DNA of 32,000 bases. It comes from Promethearchaeota archaeon. GTDB lineage: Archaea; Asgardarchaeota; Lokiarchaeia; Sigyniarchaeales; SOKP01. The notes under the pieces are model-generated. The model was not told the DNA's origin and ran no database searches. It saw only the letters and a program-made list of their open reading frames with translations. Where the stretch lies: assembly GCA_030606485.1 (NCBI GenBank), contig JAUWGH010000004.1:330001-362000 (forward strand). Direction: 5' to 3'. The stretch's first letter is position 1, and every line of letters begins with the position of its first letter. Made by a program: the position numbers and the translations under genes. Shown in pieces: positions 10,047 to 16,246 of the stretch.

Positions 10047-10868
10047 ATGGAAGATATGTTTATAGCGCATGAAAAAACAATTTGTCATGTAATTTGTGAA
10101 GCTATGCGAAGTGAAGATTTCGAAATATTAAGGGGAATACAATCCTTTGATTTATCTCCATGGATGGGTCTAAGAGGTGTTGAAGTTATTGTAACAGTTT
10201 TAGTCGATTTAACAATAGCTTCGAATCCTTTTAGATTTAATCTAGATTCCGAAGCAGAAGAGATCTACAATGAATTTGGTATATATGATATAATAAGGAA
10301 GAAATTTGAATTAGAAACAGAAGGCAAAATTCCTTATTCAATATTAAGATATCTATTAGGCGATTTGAAAAAAAAACAACAAAAATTAAGTAAATTAGCA
10401 TCGTTTGGTTTAGTTAATATTGAGCCAGCTGATCAACCAATAGGTGATAACAGTTTAATATCCCTTACAGAAATTTGGGAATCACTATTAGAAATGATAA
10501 TTAATGATGAATTAGAGTTAAAATTATTTGTTAGCTCTTTAGGAAAAATGCTTGCGATAGGTGTAGGAGAGAAAGGGATAAGATTCATAAAACCAATTAT
10601 TATAGCAATAAATCGAGCAGAAAGCAATGAAAATGAAATATCTCTAGAGGAATTTCTTAATATATATCTTGATATGGGATTACCTTACTATTATTTTCCG
10701 ATTTCAATAAGAACAGATGAGAAAAAGAGCGAAATAATTAGATTAATAGCGTATAAAAATAATGAGAAAGTAATTTTTAACTTACATTCAGTTAGAGCTT
10801 TGCAAATTTGGCGGACAGCTGCACAAAATTATTTAATTGAACAAAGAAGATTAAGAAGTGGTCTGTAA
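10047..10868 (+). CDS. Uncharacterised 273-aa protein, paralogue A (putative tandem winged helix)
   Basis: Full-length similarity to the next gene (LRGIQSFD vs LRGIQTFD, and further blocks). wHTH-like segment KLSKLASFGLVNI...SLISLTEIW. Confidence 0.8.
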   Translation: MEDMFIAHEKTICHVICEAMRSEDFEILRGIQSFDLSPWMGLRGVEVIVTVLVDLTIASNPFRFNLDSEAEEIYNEFGIYDIIRKKFELETEGKIPYSILRYLLGDLKKKQQKLSKLASFGLVNIEPADQPIGDNSLISLTEIWESLLEMIINDELELKLFVSSLGKMLAIGVGEKGIRFIKPIIIAINRAESNENEISLEEFLNIYLDMGLPYYYFPISIRTDEKKSEIIRLIAYKNNEKVIFNLHSVRALQIWRTAAQNYLIEQRRLRSGL

Positions 10869-11690
10869 ATGGTAATTGAAGGAATAGAGTATAAATATTT
10901 GATTGAATCATTTGGAGATCTCATCTATGATGGATTAAACAGTAGTAATGATCGTCTTTTAAGAGGAATCCAAACCTTTGATGTATCAACTTTTTCACAC
11001 CTTGAAGGAATTGAATCGGTTTTGTCTGTTATGTTTGCATTAACTGTTGATGGGAAAATTGAAGCGGATGATCTTGAAAGAAGGTTAAAAGATGATAAAG
11101 ATTATTACGAAAAAACAGGAACATTAGAAAAAATGAAAGAACGATTGAAGAGAAAGAAAAATGGAGAAATTCCTTTCTTTTTTATCAAAAATGCATGTAG
11201 TGGATTGAAAAGTGTAGTCAAAAATTTATTTTTACTTAAAGAGCATGGCTACATTGAAATAATTGGGAAAGACATTGATAATTCTTTTCTTAAATTAACA
11301 TCTAAATGGGAAAAATTTATTGAAGATACAATAAAACGCGGTTATGAAGCAGAGATATATGGCAGTTCTATTAGTAGAATGATAGCATCAGGCATATTGC
11401 AAAAAGGGTTTAGGTTAATATTTCCGATTGCTTCTGCATTAATGATTGCCGAAAAATCTAAGGGAGAATTGAAATTAGAGAAATTCAAGCAATTATTTGA
11501 AGATAGTGAGTTAAAATACCGACATTTTACGAATGTAATAGAAAGAGATCAAAAAAAGCCCAAAGATATACAGTTAATACATCATTTAGGTGATAAAAAA
11601 GTGATTTTTAATACTGCTTCGATATACGCTATAAAACAATGGATAAACTTAGCAGAAAAATTAAAATTAAAAATAGGACGAACTATATAG
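10869..11690 (+). CDS. Uncharacterised 273-aa protein, paralogue B (putative tandem winged helix)
   Basis: The start codon directly follows the stop of paralogue A (TAA|ATG). wHTH-like segment NLFLLKEHGYIEI...SFLKLTSKW. Confidence 0.8.
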   Translation: MVIEGIEYKYLIESFGDLIYDGLNSSNDRLLRGIQTFDVSTFSHLEGIESVLSVMFALTVDGKIEADDLERRLKDDKDYYEKTGTLEKMKERLKRKKNGEIPFFFIKNACSGLKSVVKNLFLLKEHGYIEIIGKDIDNSFLKLTSKWEKFIEDTIKRGYEAEIYGSSISRMIASGILQKGFRLIFPIASALMIAEKSKGELKLEKFKQLFEDSELKYRHFTNVIERDQKKPKDIQLIHHLGDKKVIFNTASIYAIKQWINLAEKLKLKIGRTI

Positions 11691-11706
11691 AGAGGATTAT
11701 GATTTA

Positions 11707-12426
11707 ATGTCAAGGCATACTGAAGAAACCTTTAAAATTTTTGCACCTAATGAGATAAATAAGGGTAGAAATGATGTCATTGGTGAAGAATATCAAAAAA
11801 TATTAGAAGATGTTAGAAAGATAATACGGTTTCAGCAGAAATACCATATAGAAGATGGAATTCCTGGGTTTCTTTTCCATGGTGATGTTGGATTAGGGAA
11901 AACTCTAATTGGAAAAATAATAGCTAAAGAACTTAATAGTCATATGATTTTTATTGATGGTACGGATATTGCTCGTTCATTATATGGACAGTCAGAACAA
12001 CAAATTTCCATACTTTTTCAAAAAGCAGGCCAATTTAGACATTCTATTATCCTAATTGATGATTGTGAATCAATTTTTCCAAAAAGAGATTGGATTAAAG
12101 GTGAATCTTGGCATCTCGCTCAGAACAATGTGTTTTTTCATCGATTAGACGAATTGGATACTTCTAAAATATCAGTAATTTTAACCACTAATAGATATGA
12201 CTTAATAGATAAAGCAATTAAAGATAGATTGCATAATATAGAATTTCCTTTACCTAGTAAGGAAACTCTAATCGAAATCGCAAAAAAAATGTGTTTAAAA
12301 TTAAATTTAGAATTTGACGATATTAGATCAAAAATTGAGTTTGAAAATATTAAATCTATGCGGACATTAGAGAAAACTGTTCTATCGCTTTATATAGATA
12401 AAATTCTTAAGAGTGAAAGTATTTAA
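11707..12426 (+). CDS. Minimal classical-clade AAA+ ATPase (single AAA module)
   Basis: Walker A GDVGLGKT (11881-11904), pore-loop-like SLYGQSEQ, Walker B IILIDD (12046-12063), sensor-1/second region of homology LTTNRYDLIDKAIKDR, then IEFPLP. Confidence 0.9.
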   Translation: MSRHTEETFKIFAPNEINKGRNDVIGEEYQKILEDVRKIIRFQQKYHIEDGIPGFLFHGDVGLGKTLIGKIIAKELNSHMIFIDGTDIARSLYGQSEQQISILFQKAGQFRHSIILIDDCESIFPKRDWIKGESWHLAQNNVFFHRLDELDTSKISVILTTNRYDLIDKAIKDRLHNIEFPLPSKETLIEIAKKMCLKLNLEFDDIRSKIEFENIKSMRTLEKTVLSLYIDKILKSESI

Positions 12427-12439
12427 AAAAGATATAAAA

Positions 12440-12468
12440 AATAGTCCCGACGCAGCGTCGGGACTATT
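12440..12468. other. Perfect 14-bp inverted repeat with a 1-nt spacer (hairpin or palindromic protein-binding site)
   Basis: AATAGTCCCGACGC-A-GCGTCGGGACTATT. The arms are exact reverse complements, and the GC-rich core stands out in an AT-rich background. An A6 run lies at 12436-12441, giving a U-tract after the stem on the minus strand. Confidence 0.9.
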
Positions 12469-12470
12469 GA

Positions 12471-12477
12471 AAGGTGA
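12471..12477 (+). promoter_or_regulatory. Shine-Dalgarno-like site (AAGGTGA) for ATG 12483
   Basis: Archaeal-type GGTGA motif 5 nt upstream of an in-frame ATG. Confidence 0.55.
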
Positions 12478-12833
12478 AAAAAATGACATTTATATTAGTT
12501 CATTGTATGGAAAACAGCGTCCAAAAGATGATATGGGATTGGAAAAAAGGACGACACAGAAAAAATTTGCAATCCTATTTTATTGAAAAGCTTGACGCGA
12601 GAACTTTCCTGATGGAAGCAAATGGAGAATTATTAACTTTATTATGGTCCTTAAAAAAAAGATTTAATAATAAATTAGATATATTTATTACAGAACCAAT
12701 TTATGAAAGAGATTTGCCAAAAACTGTAAAAGAGGTTGTAAAATGTCTAGAAGAAAAACCAACAATGAGAAAAGAACTCGAGAAAGTAAAAAATTTGAAA
12801 ATAAGATGCTCAGTGAATTTGAGCATGGAGTAA
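12474..12833 (+). CDS. Small alpha/beta protein (predicted beta-alpha-beta-beta-alpha-beta, ferredoxin-like); probable start 12483; may be the 5' part of a frameshifted gene
   Basis: ORF track; SD motif; residue pattern TFILVHC / helix / FIEKL / RTFLMEA / helix / LDIFITEP. Confidence 0.7.
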   Translation: MKKMTFILVHCMENSVQKMIWDWKKGRHRKNLQSYFIEKLDARTFLMEANGELLTLLWSLKKRFNNKLDIFITEPIYERDLPKTVKEVVKCLEEKPTMRKELEKVKNLKIRCSVNLSME

Positions 12834-12940
12834 AAGAATTAATAGATAAACACCAAATATTTAAAAAGAATCTATCAAAAAAAGTTGAGGATGAATTAGA
12901 AAAATTAATTAATAATATTGTGGCGATTTATTATGAGTAG
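12743..12940 (+). CDS. Short helical ORF in the -1 frame of the previous gene, overlapping the SMC start
   Basis: Its stop TAG (12938-12940) overlaps the SMC ATG at 12933, which suggests translational coupling. It overlaps the upstream ORF by about 90 nt. Confidence 0.55.
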   Translation: MSRRKTNNEKRTRESKKFENKMLSEFEHGVKELIDKHQIFKKNLSKKVEDELEKLINNIVAIYYE

Positions 12941-14789
12941 TAATATTATGAGAGTAAATTTTGAAAATGTTGGAGTCTTTAGAGGTCCACATTCATTTGA
13001 TTTTGAAAAAGGTTTAAATCTTCTAAGAGCTCCTAACGCAAAAGGAAAAACTAGTTTCACAAGGGGCCTGGAATTATTTTTAATTCCTTCTTCAGAATTA
13101 AAAGGGAAGGGCTATTACATGAACCTTTTCGCAACGGCTCCGGATGAAAAGCTTGAGGTAGAATTAACTATTAGTAATCAATCATGGATACGTAGATTTA
13201 GAAGACCTCAAAATAGTAGAAATTTGCTAGGAGTTTCGGAAGAGCCATTCGGATTAAGAGGAATTAATTTGTCTCAAGTATGTTTTGCAACTCCAGAAAA
13301 CAAGTTAATGAATTCAATTCTATACGGTAAATCAATAAGAGGATACATGGAAGATATTTCAGGTAGTAATTCTTATGAGGTTATTATTAAATCTCTAGTA
13401 AATTTTCAACGAAATTATAATCGACAATACCAAAAATACAAAGATGATTTAATACGATTGGATGAAACAAAAAGATCTTTAAAGAATGATTTTGAGGAAA
13501 AAGAAAAATATAGAAAAGAACTAAAACAACTTCCTGAGGTTGATGAAGAACAATTCTTAGAAAGTAAGGAAATTCGAGATCAATATTTCGCTAAAAAAAG
13601 CAAAAAGGAACAATTAGATAAAATAATTAGAGAGGAAAAAGGGCAACTTGAGAGCCTTGATGAACAGATTAAGGACTTAAAAATTGATATTAAAAGACAA
13701 ACAGAATTAATCTCTGAAATTGAAGAGGACCATCCAAAAATCACACAAAAAATCGAAGATTTAAAAGATTTAATGGATAATCAGAATAAATCAAAGAAAG
13801 AAATTCAACAGGAATTATCAAAAATTGATGATCAATTAAAATCAATAAATGATAACTGGGTTAAAAGAAAAAAATACGGAGAAGAGAAATGTTATGCTTG
13901 TGGTAAGCCATTAACTCTAAAAGAACTTCAAGATTTTGAAAAAAGTCTAGAAAATACTAAAAAAGATTATTCACAAGAATTAAAAAAAACAAAGAGACAA
14001 ATTGAGGATTTAAAAGATGAAATCAACGAATTGCAAATTCAAGAGAGAGAATTGAGCATTCAACGAACTAATTTAGCTAAGAATGAAAAAAGTTTAGCGA
14101 GAAGAGAATTAGAACGTGATAAAATTAATAAAGATCTTGACTCTGATTTACTAGAACAGAAATCGCATCAGAAAGAAATCGATAAATTATTAGAAAATGT
14201 TAGTGAGGAAATTATTGAAATTAAAAAAAAAAGAGAGAAACTTGAAGATAGAATCCAAATTATTGAATCTAAAATAAAAGTCACACAAAAAAGAGTTAAA
14301 GAATTGGAAAAAGAAACAAAAGGCGCTGAAGTACTTACAAATAAGATTGAATTTATTGATGAGAGTATTTCTTATTTAAAGAAAAGGAAGGAGCAAATCA
14401 CTGAGAAAGCAGCAGAAAAATTTAACGATAAAATCAACGAAATATATAATCAACTTGGTTTTACTGATTTTAAAGAAATTGGAATTAAAGAAGACTATAA
14501 TATTTACATCTCTAGAGAAAAAGATGGTAAAATTTTATCAGATTGGCCATTGGAGGCATTATCTACTTCTGAGCGATATACAATTGGTGTTGTTCTATTA
14601 ATTGCGGCTAAAGAAGAATATTTACCAGAATTTCCTTTATTCGTAATTGATGAAATTATTACGAGTTATGACCAAGATCGTATGCAAAAATTAATAGAAT
14701 ATGTAGCGAATGTATCTGATTATGTTATAATCACTCAATTAGCTCCTGAAAGTTCTATAGATGAATTAACAGTAGAACATATTTCATAA
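12918..14789 (+). CDS. SMC-like ABC ATPase with a central CxxC zinc hook (Sph/ClsN/Rad50-like); probable start ATG 12933
   Basis: N-terminal head RVNFENVG.F...FEKGLNLLRAPNAKGKTS (Walker A 13029-13055), long coiled coils, CYAC at 13890-13901 (mid-protein), signature LSTSE (14559-14573) and Walker B LFVIDE. Confidence 0.92.
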   Translation: MWRFIMSSNIMRVNFENVGVFRGPHSFDFEKGLNLLRAPNAKGKTSFTRGLELFLIPSSELKGKGYYMNLFATAPDEKLEVELTISNQSWIRRFRRPQNSRNLLGVSEEPFGLRGINLSQVCFATPENKLMNSILYGKSIRGYMEDISGSNSYEVIIKSLVNFQRNYNRQYQKYKDDLIRLDETKRSLKNDFEEKEKYRKELKQLPEVDEEQFLESKEIRDQYFAKKSKKEQLDKIIREEKGQLESLDEQIKDLKIDIKRQTELISEIEEDHPKITQKIEDLKDLMDNQNKSKKEIQQELSKIDDQLKSINDNWVKRKKYGEEKCYACGKPLTLKELQDFEKSLENTKKDYSQELKKTKRQIEDLKDEINELQIQERELSIQRTNLAKNEKSLARRELERDKINKDLDSDLLEQKSHQKEIDKLLENVSEEIIEIKKKREKLEDRIQIIESKIKVTQKRVKELEKETKGAEVLTNKIEFIDESISYLKKRKEQITEKAAEKFNDKINEIYNQLGFTDFKEIGIKEDYNIYISREKDGKILSDWPLEALSTSERYTIGVVLLIAAKEEYLPEFPLFVIDEIITSYDQDRMQKLIEYVANVSDYVIITQLAPESSIDELTVEHIS

Positions 14790-14809
14790 TGTTTTGGAGG
14801 TTTTAATTC

Positions 14810-14971
14810 ATGTCTCAAAATATTAGTGTATCTAAAGTTGTTAAACTTGGTAATAGTTTGGCTATGGTTCTTCCGAAAGAGATGTGTGAAGAATTAAATA
14901 TTAAAAAGGGAACTTATCTCGGTATTCAATTAGTAGGAGAGAATATAATAATTAAAAAGGTTTTGAAATAA
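14810..14971 (+). CDS. AbrB/MazE/SpoVT-family DNA-binding protein, 53 aa (absent from the ORF track)
   Basis: MSQNISVSKVVKLGNSLAMVLPKEMCEELNIKKGTYLGIQLVGENIIIKKVLK fits the K.GNS..V.LPK.....L.I..G pattern. GGAGGT SD at 14796-14801. Confidence 0.88.
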   Translation: MSQNISVSKVVKLGNSLAMVLPKEMCEELNIKKGTYLGIQLVGENIIIKKVLK

Positions 14972-15004
14972 ATTAGTTGGTGTAAATAGAAGGAAAATTT
15001 AAAA

Positions 15005-15697
15005 TTGTGGGTTTGTTTATTGACTTTATTTAAAGATATACTACCAAATGATAATGTGTTTATATGGCTTGGTTCTTTTGATAATACACAAGTGAATAAT
15101 GTTTTAGTTTTAGCGGGAGGCGAAGTATTAATTTTAAAAACAATCAGAAGATTTGATTTAAATCAAGAGCAAATTCGTAAAGATCTTTTAGAAATGTCTA
15201 TAAAAGAATTCATAGATGCTTATGATTTGATTGAATTTGAATTAATAATAAATGATTTTGAAGGAGAGTTAAATAATAACAAAGAAGATTATGAAAATAA
15301 AGTAATTGAAATTATAGAAGATATAAAGGAAGGAGTTATAAATAAAAAATATCCTCCTTATATGGCAGGATTTAATGAATATTACATAATAGAATTTAAA
15401 AATATGATAAATAAATATCTGCATAAATTATCTAATTTATCAAATTCTAAAGATGCAATTAATCATCTCGAGGATGTAATAGATGAATGTGAAGAAAGAA
15501 TTCAAAAAATTAAGAAGGAACATTTGAAAAAAGAGGTTTCTATGTTAGAAAAAATAAAAAAAATAAGTAAATCCCCAGGATTTGATGAATTACACAAAAT
15601 TCAAAAAGAAATTGACGAGGAAGCAAATAATCTTAGGAATAAAATTCGTAGAGCGACAAAGAAGTTTGAGGAACTTAAAAAGCTATTTAGTAAATAA
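15005..15697 (+). CDS. Hypothetical helical/coiled-coil protein, 230 aa (start uncertain)
   Basis: ORF track; E/K-rich helical C-terminal half; no family recognised. Confidence 0.6.
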   Translation: MWVCLLTLFKDILPNDNVFIWLGSFDNTQVNNVLVLAGGEVLILKTIRRFDLNQEQIRKDLLEMSIKEFIDAYDLIEFELIINDFEGELNNNKEDYENKVIEIIEDIKEGVINKKYPPYMAGFNEYYIIEFKNMINKYLHKLSNLSNSKDAINHLEDVIDECEERIQKIKKEHLKKEVSMLEKIKKISKSPGFDELHKIQKEIDEEANNLRNKIRRATKKFEELKKLFSK

Positions 15698-15918
15698 TTT
15701 CTTCTTATAATTTCTAAATAAAGGTAAGAAATTCAATAAGAAATCAAAAGAATTTTAGAAAATTAATATTAATAACTATTAAGGAACTCAGAATATTTTT
15801 AGAAATTATTAAAAATTCTTTATATGACTGTTCAAGATTGGTTTGAAAAGGGATGAAAATATTTTGAAGAAAGAAATTTTGAAAAAATAATGAATATACT
15901 TTTAAATTAAATCTTAAT

Positions 15919-16086
15919 TTAACTCTTCTTTTTTCTCTTATTAAAAAATACTTCAAGGGTTTTTAACGATTCTGGAGGAGTATAGAGATAGGTATTAGGG
16001 TATAAATCTTCAAATGTTAATTCCGTTGGTAAAATTTCTTTTCTCTTATTATTTAGTTCGTTTTTTTCAACTTTTTTTGTTTCCAT
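15919..16086 (-). CDS. Small hypothetical protein, 55 aa (absent from the ORF track)
   Basis: Manual translation METKKVEKNELNNKRKEILPTELTFEDLYPNTYLYTPPESLKTLEVFFNKRKKKS. The ATG is preceded by a TATA-like AT tract. Confidence 0.45.
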   Translation of the reverse strand: METKKVEKNELNNKRKEILPTELTFEDLYPNTYLYTPPESLKTLEVFFNKRKKKS

Positions 16087-16246
16087 ATATATCACATATT
16101 TAAATATATATTTCTTATATTAAAAAAATAGGACTTAATATAATTAATAATTTATTTATTGATGAATTGTTCAAATAATTCTATTTAATAAAAAAATCCT
16201 AGTTTGATATAAGAATTTCTTTCATTTTAAATCAAAATATTATTAA

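Noticed and set aside
10047-15697. Reading the winged-helix pair + AAA + coiled-coil ORF as an ESCRT-II/Vps4/ESCRT-III locus
   Set aside because: The AAA lacks a MIT domain and the Vps4 RR motif, and 15005-15697 shows no Snf7 pattern. The SMC and histone context points to DNA rather than membranes.
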